Assembly: GCF_963921235.1 (NCBI RefSeq)
Contig: NC_086097.1
Location: 19,656,001 to 19,720,000, forward strand
From: Mobula hypostoma
Lineage: Eukaryota
DNA length: 64,000 nucleotides
Direction: 5' to 3'
A model generated the notes under the pieces. That model saw only the letters and a program-made list of their open reading frames with translations. It did no database searches and was not told where the DNA came from. Of this stretch, positions 37,245 to 50,210 are shown piece by piece (position 1 is the stretch's first letter; each line of letters starts with the position of its first letter). The position numbers were made by a program, and so were the translations under genes.

Positions 37245-37585
37245 TATTTTGTGCCATGGCATATGGCGTAGACGATCAAGGTCTCATGGCCATGATGGTT
37301 CTTGGCAAAGTTTTCTACAAAAGTGGTTTGCCATTGCCTTCTGTGCAGTGTCTTTACAAGAGTATCAATACTCTTCAGAGATTGTCTGCCTGGCTTCAGT
37401 GGTCACATAACCTGGACTAGAGATGTGCACCAGCTGCTCAGATGGCCATCCATCACCTGCTGCCATGGCATCATGTGACCCTGATCCTGGGTGACTAAGC
37501 AGGTGCCCAAGGGTGACCTGCAGGCTAGCGGAGGGAAGGAGTGCCTTACACCTCCTTTGATAGCGATGTGTCTCCACCCAGCCCT
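37245..37585 (-). mobile_element. RTE-tailed SINE or non-autonomous element (second copy at ~60705-61075)
   Basis: Two similar copies; minus strand contains GAAGGCAATGGCAAACCACT, typical of RTE/BovB-type ends. Confidence 0.6.
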
Positions 37586-38261
37586 GATTTAACTTCCCAA
37601 AGGGCAATTCTTCCCTTTTGTCCCAGTGGAGTTCCATCTGCTATTCCTTGGCACAGTTTCCTAATTGACCTGGAACCTGTTGTATTCTTGGATTGCTCTA
37701 CAATACACCATCCATTTTACTTACTAAGCATGCCAACTACATTCTCATCCCTAAATATTAAAATAGATGACAGTGGACTCTGCACCGATCCCTGTGGCTC
37801 ACCTCTAGCAAGTCCTCAATCTAAAAAACCTTTCACGACTCTGACCCTACCACCAAGCCAACTTTGTATCCAGTTGGCTAGCTCATCCTGGATCTCATAA
37901 GATCTAACCTTCCGGACCAGCCGACTATGCAGAGGCCTTGCTAAAGTCCATGTTTAGACAATGCCTACTGAACCACCTTCATTGAACATCGTGGTCACCT
38001 CTTCCGCAAGAAACCACCAAATTTGTGAGACACTATTTCACACACACATAGCCATGCTGACTATGCATTATCAGTCCTTGCCTTTGTACGTGCAGATAGA
38101 TCCTATCTCTCAGAATCTCCTCAGTGATTTACCCCCAACTGATGTTAGGCTGACTGGCCTGTGATACCCTGGCTTGTCCTTGCAGCTGTCTTAAATAAAG
38201 GCACGTCGTCAGCCACCCTCCAATCTTCCAGTACCTCACCCATAGCTAGTAATGGTTTAAG

Positions 38262-41007
38262 TACAGGACTGTGCTAAAGTCTTAGGTGTATATAGTGCCT
38301 AAGACTTTTGCACAGTACTGTACTTGTCAATGGGGAGCAAAGAGCAAGTTTGCAAATCTGGTGGGAGCAAAAGATGTTGGGAATAGAAACATAGAAAATA
38401 GGTGCAGGAGTAGGCCATTCGGCCCTTCGAGCCTGCACCGCCATTTATTATGATCATGGCTGATCATCCAACTCAGAACCCAGCCTTCCCTCCATACCCC
38501 CTGACCCCTGTAGCCACAAGGGCCATATCTAACTTCCTTTTAAACATAGCTAATGAACTGGCCTCAACAGTTTGCTGTGGCAGAGAATTCCACAGATTCA
38601 CCACTCTCTGTGTGAAGAAGTTTTTCCTAATCTCGGTCCTAAAAGGCTTCCCCTCTATCCTCAAACTGTGACCCCTCGTTCTGGACCTCCCCAACATCGG
38701 GAACAATCTTCCCGCATCTAGCCTGTCCAATCCCTTTAGGATCTTATACGTTTCAATCAGATCCCCCCTCAATCTTCTAAATTCCAACGAGTACAAGCCC
38801 AGTTCATCCAGTCTTTCTTCATATGAAAGACCTGCCATCCCAGGAATCAATCTGGTGAACCTTCTTTGTACTCCCTCTATGGCAAAGATGTCTTTCCTCA
38901 GATTAGGGGACCAAAACTGCACACAATACTCCAGGTGTGGTCTCACCAAGGCCTTGTACAACTGCAGTAGTACCTCCCTGCTCCTGTACTCGAATCCTCT
39001 CGCTATAAATGCCAGCATACCGTTCGCCTTTTTCACCGCCTGCTGTACCTGCATGCCCACTTTCAATGACTGGTGTATAATGACACCCAGGTCTCGTTGC
39101 ACCTCCCCTTTTCCTAATCGGCCACCATTCAGATAATAATCCGTTTTCCTATTTTTGCCACCAAAGTGGATAACTTCACATTTATCCACATTAAATTGCA
39201 TCTGCCATGAGTTTGCCCACTCACCCAACCTATCCAAGTCACCCTGCATCCTCTTAGCATCCTCCTCACTGCTAACACTGCCACCCAGCTTTGTGTCATC
39301 CGCAAACTTGGAGATGCTGCATTTAATTCCCTCATCCAAGTCATTAATATATATTGTAAACAACTGGGGTCCCAGCACTGAGCCTTGCGGTACCCCACTA
39401 GTCACCGCCTGCCATTCTGAAAAGGTCCCGTTTATTCCCACTCTTTGCTTCCTGTCTGCTAACCAATTCTCCACCCACACCAATACCTTACCCCCAATAC
39501 CGTGTGCTTTAAGTTTGCACACTAATCTCCTGTGTGGGACCTTGTCAAAAGCCTTTTGAAAATCCAAATATACCACATCCACTGGTTCTCCCCTATCCAC
39601 TCTACTAGTTACATCCTCAAAAAATTCTATGAGATTCGTCAGACATGATTTTCCTTTCACAAATCCATGCTGACTTTGTCCGATCATTTCTCCGCTTTCC
39701 AAATGTGCTGTTATCACATCCTTGATAACTGACTCCAGCAGTTTCCCCACCACCGATGTTAGGCTAACGGGCCTATAATTCCCCGGTTTCTCTCTCCCTC
39801 CTTTTTTAAAAAGTGGGGTTACATTAGCCACCCTCCAATCCTCAGGAACTAGTCCAGAATCTAACGAGTTTTGAAAAATTATCACTAATGCATCCACTAT
39901 TTCTTGGGCTACTTCCTTAAGCACTCTGGGATGCAGACCATCTGGCCCTGGGGATTTATCTGCCTTCAATCCCTTCAATTTACCTAACACCACTTCCCTA
40001 CTAACATATATTTCACTCAGTTCCTCCATCTCACTGGACCCTCTGTCCCTTACTATTTCTGGAAGATTATTTATGTCCTCCTTAGTGAAGACAGAACCAA
40101 AATAATTATTCAATTGGTCTGCCATGTTCTTGCTCCCCATAATCAATTCACCTGTTTCTGTCTGCAGGGGACGTACATTTGTCTTTATCAGTCTTTTCCT
40201 TTTTACATATCTATAAAAGCTTTTACAGTCCGTTTTTATGTTCTCTGCCAGTTTTCTCTCATAATCTTTTTTTCCCTTCCTAATTAAGCCCTTTGTCCTC
40301 CTCTGCTGAACTCTGAATTTCTCCCAGTCCTCAGGTGAGCCACTTTCTCTGGCTAATTTGTATGCTACTTCTTTGGAATTGATACTATCCCTAATTTCTC
40401 TTGTCAGCCATGGGTGCACTACCTTCCTTGATTTATTCTTTTGCCAAACTGGGATGAACAATTGTTGTAGTTCATCCATGCAACCTTTAAATGCCTGCCA
40501 TTGCATATCCACCGTCAATCCTTTAAGTGTCATTTGCCAGTCTATCTTAGCTAATTCACGACTCATACCTTCAAAGTTACCCCTCTTTAAGTTCAGAACC
40601 TTTGTTTCTGAATTAACTACGTCACTCTCCATGTTAATGGTGAGGGTGGAGTGCCATGGGAGGGGTGTGGAACAGGTGGCAGGAGTGCCAGGGGTGGGGG
40701 GCAGTGACAGGGATTGCAGACACAACCAGCCCTGAAACACCAGACAAGGTCATTTGATTGCAAACAGTTGATTTATTGATCATTACAGATGTCTCTTTGG
40801 TGCTTCCCACCATCTCCCCTCGCCCTGCCTCCTTCCCACTCTCAGTACATAATAGAGACCCATATCACAATCAAGTTTATCGTCATTCACATCATAATTT
40901 TTTGTGGCAGCAGTACAGTGCAATACATAAAATTATCACATTACTGTGCAAAAGTCTTAAGCACCCTAGTTATATATATGTACCCAAGACTTTTGCACAG
41001 TGCTGTA
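38262..41007. mobile_element. Composite non-autonomous Tc1-type element bounded by two mini-palindromes, with a nested CR1
   Basis: TACAG(G/T)ACTGTGC(T/A)AAAGTCTTAGG...CCTAAGACTTTTGCACAGTACTGTA at 38262-38322 and 40937-41007; the flanking old CR1 relic is collinear across the block. Confidence 0.65.
38385..40638 (-). mobile_element. Young 5'-truncated CR1-type LINE with uninterrupted RT frame
   Basis: ORF 38473-40740: KSPGPDG, NYRPVSLTS, YLDFQKAFDKVPH, GVPQGSVLGP, KFADD; (TTCTATGT)n tail. Confidence 0.95.
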
Positions 41008-42811
41008 AATTTGCCAAAGCCCCATCAATTTATTTCCTAGCTTCCCACAATGTTCTAAGACAGGCTTGGTCAAGCCCCAGGGATTTATCCACCTTTAAAC
41101 ACTTTAAGTCCACCAGCACCTCCTCAGTTGTAATGTGGATACGTTTCAAACTTCACTTTTCCTGAGTTCCTGAGTTTCCATGATCTCCTGAGCATCTCAC
41201 TCCATATCCCAAGAGTGAGACTGTTTTCAGGAGAACCATCCGCCCTCTACTCACTCCAGCCCAACCCAGCTGGAAGTTTAGATGATTCCATGGGGATGGT
41301 GTTGGCTGGAAAGAATTAAGATCTGCAAAACATCTAACTGGAATGAACCAAGGACAGTGGAAGTAGGCAAACCAAAGGCCTTTGTTCTTGCCATGTGGTT
41401 GAAGGAAGGTGCCATTTTGTGGACTGTCCCTGCAGCCACCAATTTTGTGAACTGGTTCTTGCTCAGAGATGGCTTGATCAGAGCAATTGAAAGCAATCCG
41501 TTTACTGCTGGTGTGGTTGTGTAAACTAGAGATCATTTCCCACTGGAAATTGTCTATTTGGTTAGGTAGCAATGGTAGGCTTGTAGAAAGGACAGCCTAT
41601 GGCCTGAGGTAACCTGAGCCCAGTATTTGGCTGACCTGGCTAAACTGGGTGGAAGTGGTCTGAGAGAGCAAAGAAAGTGGCATGAAGGCAACAATGTTCT
41701 TTGTAGCCTTGGGCAAATCCAGTGACAAGCTGACAGCAACCAGTCAGCTGGGCCTGAGCCAATGAAATTGAAACACAACAGTTCGATCGAGTAAGAATGG
41801 AGAATTTCAGGAGAAGCAACAAGAAGTTTTGAGACCAACCATCGCGCAAGTGCATGACCCCATGTCAGAAACGTGGAGATTACGTCAGGATCCAGAGGAA
41901 CATTTGGCCAGTGTAAATTCCTATTCCCAGGGATCATGTTTTCTATTCTGACTGTTCACGGAGGGTCAGAGAAACCTAGCAGGTGCGTGCACAGATAATT
42001 CAGTTTGGTATGATTTGAGTGTTTGTTAACTGAACCAAACATGGTATTTGTCAATTAATACAGATTCTCTCTATGCCCACCTGATCATTATTGTTGAGCG
42101 TACTTACAACCAACAATGGAGCATTGGGTGCGCCAGAGGCCTCCGCCAGTCTCCTTGTGCTTAAGGTCAACGTGACTCCAGGCTTTTCTCGCTGTGAACT
42201 AGTTCTCAAGAAGATCCTGGACTACCTGGTACCATCCATCTCCACTAAGCCCAATCCACTTAGTGTCCAGAACACCACTGATCTCAAAAAAAAAATCTCA
42301 CACAAAATGCAGGAGGAACTCAACAGATCAGCCTCCCATCGATGGAGGGAAATAAACATGTGGGCTGGGACCCTTCCTATATGCAATGACTGGGAACTTC
42401 ACAAGTAAATGAACAAAATCTGAGCAGCCAGCTCATCTTCTGCCCGGTCCACGTAGCAGAAGGATCAGATGAACCAGTGCCCATGTCAACTCATTCTCAG
42501 GTACTGGATGCACTAACCCACAGACTGCCCCTCTCCACCAAACCCACACAGTGAGCCTCAGTGTGAGGGGAGAGAGAGCCCGTCACTTCAAGAAAGCTTC
42601 ATTGAAGTAGAGAGCTGATGCAAAGAGATCAATGTAAGGAACTGACAAGGTGCAACACGTCCCGCTGAGTGTTTCTGCACTTTCTGCTTTTGTTGTCATC
42701 CATCTTGTTTTATTTAGTCAAAGCAGTACTTGTGCAGATAATGAGGTGGTTTGACCAGTGTCCAGTTGCAATTACATGGAGTTCCTGGGCAAAGGGCTTC
42801 TTTTTGTTCTC

Positions 42812-43320
42812 TATAAGACACAGGAGCAGAATTAGGTCATTAGGCCCATGGAGTCTGCTTCACCATTCCATCATGGATGATTTATTATCTCTCTCAACCC
42901 CATTCTTTGCCTTCTCCCAATGATCTTTGATGGTCTGACTAATCAAGAACATATCAACCTCTGCTTTAAGTATACCCAATGACTTTGTCGCCACGGCAGT
43001 CTGTGGAGGCCATGAATTCCACAGATTCACCACCCTCTGGTGAAAGAAATTCCTCCTCATCTCCGTTCTAAATGGACACCCCTCTATGCTGAGGCTGTGC
43101 CCTCTGGTCCTAGGCTCACCCACGATAGGAAACATCCTTGCCACCTCCATTCTATCCAAATCTTTGACTATTTGATAGGTTTCAATGAAATCTCCCCCTC
43201 CTCATTCTTCTAAAAATCTCGTGAGTACAGGCCCAGAGCCAACAATGCTCCTCAAATGTTAACCCTTTCATTGCCAGGATCATTCTCATGAACCTACTCT
43301 GGACCTTCTCCAATGCCAGA
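42812..43320 (-). mobile_element. CR1-type LINE 3' fragment
   Basis: RMFPIVGEPRTRGHSLSIEGCPFRTEMRRNFFHQRVVNLWNS. Confidence 0.8.
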
Positions 43321-43632
43321 ATAATTGAAGCAGTGATGGATAAGTTTTGTGCTGGAGTCAGGACTCGATACTTGCTTGCCTTCACCATTCAATGTTGCTA
43401 ATCATTTTAAGTCCTTTATAAATGTATTTTTCCTTTAATTGCTGTTCTGGCCGCTCTCTTGTTCCATCCCAAAAGCAGGTACAGGGCTGTGTACTTAACT
43501 CTAGACTGTTTACACTGAAGATGGACCTGTGGGAAATCTTCTTTTCCCTTTTTCCTTAAACTGTGGCGCACCAGATTCAATATTTAAAGGTCTGTGTAAA
43601 ATCTTGTAGCAAGATATTCCCTCCAGAGGTTT

Positions 43633-43797
43633 AGAAACATAGAAACATAGAAAATAGGTGCAGGAGTAGGCCATTCGGCCCTTCGAGCCTGCACCGCCAT
43701 TTATTATGATCATGGCTGATCATCCAACTCAGAACCCAGCCTTCCCTCCATACCCCCTGACCCCTGTAGCCACAAGGGCCATATCTAACTTCCTTTT
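43633..43797 (-). mobile_element. CR1 extreme 3' end, identical to ~38385-38540
   Basis: Base-for-base match by eye; TTTAG at both junctions. Confidence 0.88.
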
Positions 43798-43919
43798 AGG
43801 GGGGCACCGACTGTTTAAGACATTCTGAAGAACCCAAGACTTAAACTGCGAGGGCACAGACTATAAGTTCACTCTGCGTGTCTCGGACAGTAACATTTCT
43901 CTTCCAGATAGGCTGAATG

Positions 43920-46068
43920 CCGTTTACTTTTGGTTTGATGTACAGAGCTATGTGTCTGCGAGGATGGCCCTCTGTTTCCCCGAAGAGCGCAAGCACTCTG
44001 TCTGGCTGCAGCTGATTGAGGAAGACCCTAGCCAGAGTCAACCCATGTAAATCTGATAACATATACTTGGTCGGGTGCTGAGGGACTGTGCAGTCCAGCT
44101 AACTGAGGCTGTAATAGACACCTTCAAAATCTTTCTGGAACAGTCCACTGACCCCTCAGGCTTCAAGGCAGCCACCATCACCCCAGTACCCACGAGGGTG
44201 ACAGTAACTACTGTCCTCAACAACAATGGAGTGCTTTGAGCGGCTGATTATGGATCATATTAAATCCCATCTTCCTGCGACGTTGTACCTTTCCAGTTCG
44301 CTTATCACTCAAATCAGTCCAATAATGATGTCATTGCTTCTGCACGCCATTCTGTCCTGTCCCACCCAAAAACGGTGCTTCATATGCCAGGATACTGTTC
44401 ACTGACTTCAGCTCGGCATGTAATGGGATCATCCCTCAGAAACAGTCTTCGCTGGGTCTCAACACCTCTGTAACTGGATCCAGAACTTCTTGACAGATAG
44501 GCCACAGTCAGTCCATGTTGGCAGAAACACCTCTAGCTCCATCACGCTGAGCGTTGTCCCTCACGAGAGCTGTATGCTCAGCCTGCTGCTGTTCACACTG
44601 CACTGCTAGAACCTGTTCAAGCCCAATCATCAGGTCCGATGATGACACAACAGTGGTTGGCCTCATCAACAATGACGAACTTCCCGCGTACAGAGAGGAG
44701 GAGGGGCGGCTGGCAGAATGGGGCAAACACAACAACTTATAGCGAGAGGATTCGAGTACAGGAGCAGGGAGGTACTACTGCAGTTGTACAAGGCCTTGGT
44801 GAGACCACACCTGGAGTATTGTGTGCAGTTTTGGTCCCCTAATCTGAGGAAAGACATCTTTGCCATAGAGGGAGTACAAAGAAGGTTCACCAGATTGATT
44901 CCTGGGATGGCAGGACTTTCATATGAAGAAAGACTGGATGAACTGGGCTTGTACTCGTTGGAATTTAGAAGATTGAGGGGGGATCTGATTGAAACGTATA
45001 AAATCCTAAAGGGATTGGACTGGCTAGATGCAGGAAGGTTGTTCCCGATGTTGGGGAAGTCCAGAACGAGGGGTCACAGTTTGAGGATAGAGGGGAAGCC
45101 TTTTAGGACCGAGATTAGGAAAAACTTCTTTACACAGAGAGTGGTGAATCTGTGGAATTCTCTGCCACAGGAAACAGTTGAGGCCAGTTCATTGGCTATG
45201 TTTAAGAGGGAGTTGGATATGGCCCTTGTGGCTACAGGGGTCAGGGGGTATGGAGGGAAGGCTGGGGCAGGGTTCTGAGTTGGAGGATCAGCCATGATCA
45301 TAATAAATGGCGGTGCAGGCTCGAAGGGCCGAATGGCCTACTCCTGCACCTATTTTCTATGCTTCTATGTTTTAACTTGAGTCTCAAAGTGGACAAGACC
45401 AAAGAGATGATTGTGGACTTTAGAAAAGTGCAGGCTGGCCACTCCTCACTGGACATAAACGGCTCCTCCGTGGAGAGAGTTAGGAGCACCAAGTTTCTGG
45501 AAGTGCACATAGCGGATGATCTCACCTGGTCCTTCAACACCACTTCTTTGGTCAGGAAAGTACAGCAGCATCTGCACTTTCTGAGGAGATGGAGGTGAGC
45601 AAGACTCCTGCCCCTCCCCTTCCTCCCCATTTTAACCAATTTTTACAGGAGCATCATCGAGAGTGTTCTAACTACCTAGTACAGGAATTGCAAGGCATCT
45701 GACCACAAGTCCTGACAAAGGATTGTGAGGAATGCTGAGAGGATCATCAGGGTCTCTCTTCCACCCATCAGAGATATTTATCAGGAGCACAGTGAATGCA
45801 GGGCCCTTAGCATTGTTAATGAGCCCTCTCATCCATCACAAACCTCTGACCCCCTCACATCAAGCAGGAGCTCCTGGAGCTTTATGGCAAGGACTGTTAG
45901 GATGGGAAACAGCCTCTTCACCCAAGCCATGAGATTACTGAACTCCCTGCCACTACTCAGGTCTCATCAAGTACTGTGAGTGAGTTATATGTAGTGTGTT
46001 GTGTACCTTGGCCCAGAGGAACGTTTCTTTTGGCAGTGTACATGTGACAAGTGACAATAAACTGAACT
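43920..46068 (+). mobile_element. Rex1/Babar LINE relic interrupted by a CR1
   Basis: DDDTTVVGLINND; LSLKVDKTKEMIVDFRK...KFLEVHIADDLTWS. Confidence 0.8.
44739..45373 (+). mobile_element. Young CR1 3' fragment
   Basis: ORF 44718-45278 nearly identical to the C-terminus of the 38473-40740 ORF; TSD AACTT at 44734-44738 and 45374-45378. Confidence 0.9.
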
Positions 46069-46258
46069 GGCCAATCCTTCCCCAAAATTCCCTCAGGAGG
46101 AAAGAATTGGCCATTTTCAGGACAGTCCAGTCCAGTCCACTGCATGCAGTGTGTTCACAGTACCGATCCAGGCCCGGGTGTGGAGAGGGCAGCGGGGAGC
46201 CACAATCTGTTGCACTCCAGTGTGGTTTTACAAAAATTAAAAAAAATTTCTCAGTTAG

Positions 46259-46447
46259 TTAAAACCCAGCCTTTCCTTCAGCTCTGTTCTTCAGCATCTC
46301 CTTGTGCCCAGCAACAATCTCCTGCACAGCTGTGTGGTCATCCAGCGTGGTGAGGTCTCCCAGCTCGTCCAGTTTACACTCCACTATCTTCCTCAGGACT
46401 CGCCGCATTATCTTCCCCGAGCGGGTCTTGGGCAGCCGCTTCACAAT
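46259..46447 (-). CDS. ACSS1: Acetyl-CoA synthetase, ACSS1-like, last coding exon
   Basis: ttccag|[37 protein letters not shown]...GF*; PKTRSGK catalytic/acetylation lysine motif. Confidence 0.92.
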   Translation of the reverse strand: MVKRLPKTRSGKIMRRVLRKIVECKLDELGDLTTLDDHTAVQEIVAGHKEMLKNRAEGKAGF

Positions 46448-47081
46448 CTGGAAAGAGCAAATGGCTCACCTTTAGTGCTTTTCTCTCAGCCGCGACCCGC
46501 GAGGGCAGCAGAGAGTGGACTGGGTTCAAAATGAAGTGGAAACCCTGGGGAGGGTGGGTAAGAATACGACAGGCAAGGCAGATCAGTACACAATAAAAAT
46601 GGCCCAGTTATCAACAGGTCATTCCTTTGGTTACAAACAACTAATTTATGGGCACTCCTACATCCAACGAGCCCAGCTTCCTCAGTGTCTCCATGTTTAG
46701 TCATTCACAAATCAGGATTGTTTATTGTCATTGCTCAGTATACAGGTGCAAAGGAGAACAAAATGATTGTTACTCGGATCTAATTCAGCATTAAAAACAC
46801 AATAAAGAAAACAAATATACTAAATATAAAATCAATCCTATCAGACATGTAGAAATAACTATTATTTACATAGACTGACTGTATGTGTTCTTTCTTATCA
46901 ATCTGATCTGATCATCAATTTAACGCCATACATCACAATACTGTGGAGGTACAGTTACCACATTGAAAGATTTTAATGTTTTTCCCAAATTATAAACAAT
47001 ATTAACTTAAGGCCATCCATAAAAACAAAGTCCGTTTGTTACCTGGGATGACTTCTATGAGCAAAATCTAAAATCAGAAAC

Positions 47082-47688
47082 CAGTTGCACTTTCTGAGGA
47101 AGCTTAAACAAGCATCACTCCCCACTAACATCTTAACTACATTCTACAGAGGCGTGGTTGAGAGTGTGCTGACCTTTTGCATCACAACCTGGTACTCCAG
47201 CTGCAGTGCTGTTGACAAAAAAGCCTTGCAGAGGGTGGTTAGGGGAGCAGAGAAGGTTATCGGGGTCTCCCCACCTTCTGTCCAAGACCTCTTTCAGAGT
47301 CGATGCCTCCAGAAGACACGGTACATCATTAAAGACCCCTCACACCCTCTCCATGAACTGTTTGTTCTTCTGCCATCAGGCAAACGTTACAGGAGCATCA
47401 AAACTAAAACCACAAGGCTACTAAACAGCTTCCTCCTACAGGCAGTCAGACTGCTAAATAGCTGCTGTACCTGACTCTGCTTTGGACACTTTTAACTTGC
47501 ACTGGACACTTATAACTTGATTTTAACCGACATGTGGCTGTTGTGTTTTACTATTTATTGTTATGTTTATTATTTAGTGTTGCATTTGTTATGTTATGAT
47601 TGTACTGCTCCTGAGAAACGCTGTCTCATTCTGCCCTGCAGAGCTGATGTACAGTTAGAATGACAATAAAATTTTTGAATCTTGAATC
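47082..47688 (+). mobile_element. Rex1/Babar LINE 3' end, well preserved
   Basis: HFLRKLKQASLPTNILTTFYRGVVESVLTFCITTWY...KDPSHP...LLPSGKRYRSIKTKTTRLLNSF; AATAAA and TTGAATC tail. Confidence 0.85.
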
Positions 47689-48301
47689 AATCCTAGACTG
47701 TCTAGATTATTTTAGCAGTGTTTCTGAGAAGTGTTTTGGAATGTTTTACAGGTTTAGCAGCATCATATGCTCGCAGATTTGCGGGAGGCCTTGAATCTAC
47801 GCCATTCACTCCTGAAGTTACCACTTGCCCTTCCTGCATTTGCCACATTACCCACTGCTGGGACAGGTATGCTGACAGTGAGATGGGGTGGTAGAAATGG
47901 GGTTGGAGGTCACTTGTGGAGAATGGCCACTAGCATAGACTAATAGAGCTGAATGCTCTATTTCTGCTCAAGCCTGCTTGTGAAATGATAACAGTTTAGA
48001 GGGCTGAGTTTTGGGGTACAGTTCAAGGTTTGTGTATATTTAAGGCAAAGTTTGACAGGTTCCTGATTATCCAGGTTATGAGGGGATATGGGGAGAAGGC
48101 AAGAGATCGGGGCTGAGAGGGAAATGGATCAGCCATGATGAAATGGCGGACAGACTCGATGGGCCGAATGGCCTGATTCTGCTCTAATATCTTATGTATA
48201 ATGGCAGGATTTGGCATTGAGGAACAGAGGAATCTTGGGGTCCACATCCTTAATTCTCTCAAAGTTGCCATGGAAGTGCATAGGGTGGTTAAGAAGGTGT
48301 A

Positions 48302-49259
48302 CAGGTGTCCCCCGCTTTTCGAACGTTCGCTTTACAAAACCTCACTGTTACGAAAGACCTACATTAATACCCTGTTTTCGCTTTCAGAAGGTGTTTTCGC
48401 TGTTACGAAGAAAGGCAGCACGTGATAAAAGGCAGCGTGCGCCCCGAGCAGCCGCTCTGCCCCGGATTTGGAACGGCATTGCTTATGCACGTTGCATCGA
48501 GCAGCCATTAGCAAGATGAGTTCTAAGGTGTCGGAAAAGCCTGAAAGAGTAAAGGTGTTACACTTAGCGTAAAACTAGACATAATTGTCGGCCCAGATCA
48601 GAGGCAATGCAATCGGCAATCGCCTCTGATCTGCGCCGGCATTTATGTGCCGGGCAGCACCCAATTAATTAGCATGTTTATTTCGGTTTTTTTGTTAACG
48701 ATGTGCTGTGTGCCTCCTGGCTACCGCTGCGTTCTTCGCGGCAATGTATCAGGTCGGCGGCCCATCTAACACACCATCATCAGTGAGCTCGGCGCTGTTT
48801 TCCCAATTCCAGTAAGTGATAATACACTGTACATACATTATTTCTACTTTATATAGGCTGTGTATTTTTACATGTTATTTGGTAGATTTGGCAGCTTCAT
48901 AATTTAAAGGTTACTGGAGAGCACGTTTATGCCAACAGTGCTTGCGTGAGATTTTCTGCCGAGAGCACTTGCGTGAGATTTTCGCTACGGAGATCTGTGC
49001 AGGCAATCGTTGTAGAGAAGTATTTCTACTTTATATAGGTTGTGTATTTATCATATCACTCCTGCTTTTACTATATGTTACTGTTATTTTAAGTTTTATG
49101 TGTTACTTGGCATGATTTGGTAGGTTATTTTTGGGTCTGCGAACGCTCATAAAATTTTCCCATATAAATAAAATGGTAATTGCTTCTTCGCTTTACGACA
49201 TTTCGGCTTACGAACCGTTTCATAGGAACGCTCTACCTTCGGATGGCGGGGGAAACCTG
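48302..49259 (+). mobile_element. Internally deleted Tigger/pogo-like DNA transposon
   Basis: TA|CAGGTGTCCCCCGC ... GCGGGGGAAACCTG; transposase start remnant MSSKVSEKPER..VTLSVKLDII; splits a CR1 relic. Confidence 0.75.
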
Positions 49260-50088
49260 TGTAGTCATTGGCCCTCATTATATTCAGTGCTGGTAGCCTC
49301 ATTCTGGGAAGGGTGTGGAAGCTTTAGAGAAGGTGAAGAGAAGATTCACCAGGATGCTGCCTGGATTAGAGAGCATATTTTATGAGGATAGGTTGAATGA
49401 GCCTAGAGCTTTCCTCACTGTACTAAAGGAGGATGAGAGATGACTTGAGATAAAGGTGTACAGAGTGGAGAGCCAGTAGCTTTCTCGCAGGGCAGAAATG
49501 GCTAATATCAGAGACCCTTCATCAAGACTGCAAAGGAAGAGGACAGAAGCCAAAATAAGAACGTGGGGGTCAGGGAAGGAGTACAAACTGGCATGTGGTA
49601 GGTGAAAGCAGATGATGGGGAAGGTAGGTGGGTGTCGGGACAGGGCGGGGTGAGGGAGAGGATGAGGTAAGAAGTTGGGAAATGATAGGTGGAAGAAATT
49701 AATGGGAATATGGGAAGACTTGATGGGAATGTGGAGAGAATGAAATGGGATTAGTGTAGGATTATTGTAATTAGGAACTTGATGTTTGGCACAGATTTGA
49801 CGGGCTGAAGGTGACTCTATGAGCAGGTGAAGGTTTGGTCAATCAGCCATATGTTCTTTAATCCATTCCTACTTTGCTTGACCCTGTGATATTGCCAGGT
49901 TTGAGTGCTTTGTCCACTGACGCTTGCCCTGGGCCCAGACATTGCAAGGTATACAGTAAGTTACTGAAACCGTGCTGCACACTGCTAGTCCCTGCAACTC
50001 CTGCACCCCGGGGTTATACGTGGACAGACACCGTACTGTGTGCATTAGAGCAGTTCCTGGTCCAGGACGCACCACACCCGGACATTAC

Positions 50089-50210
50089 CTGGATAAAGTC
50101 AGGAGCAGCGTACTTCGCAATCTTCCGGGAGACGATATCTCTCAGTTCCTCTCTGATGACCTGCTCAGACATGTCAACTCCATCCTTTAGAACAATGAAG
50201 ACATAGGAAG
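50089..50210 (-). CDS. ACSS1: ACSS1-like coding exon
   Basis: cgccag|(A)SYVFIVLKDGVDMSEQVIREELRDIVSRKIAKYAAPDFIQ|gtaatg; 122 bp. Confidence 0.9.

Noticed and set aside
38473..40740. 755-aa ORF as a complete or domesticated gene
   Set aside because: The first ~34 residues come from the flanking element; the rest is a 5'-truncated CR1 ORF2 without its endonuclease
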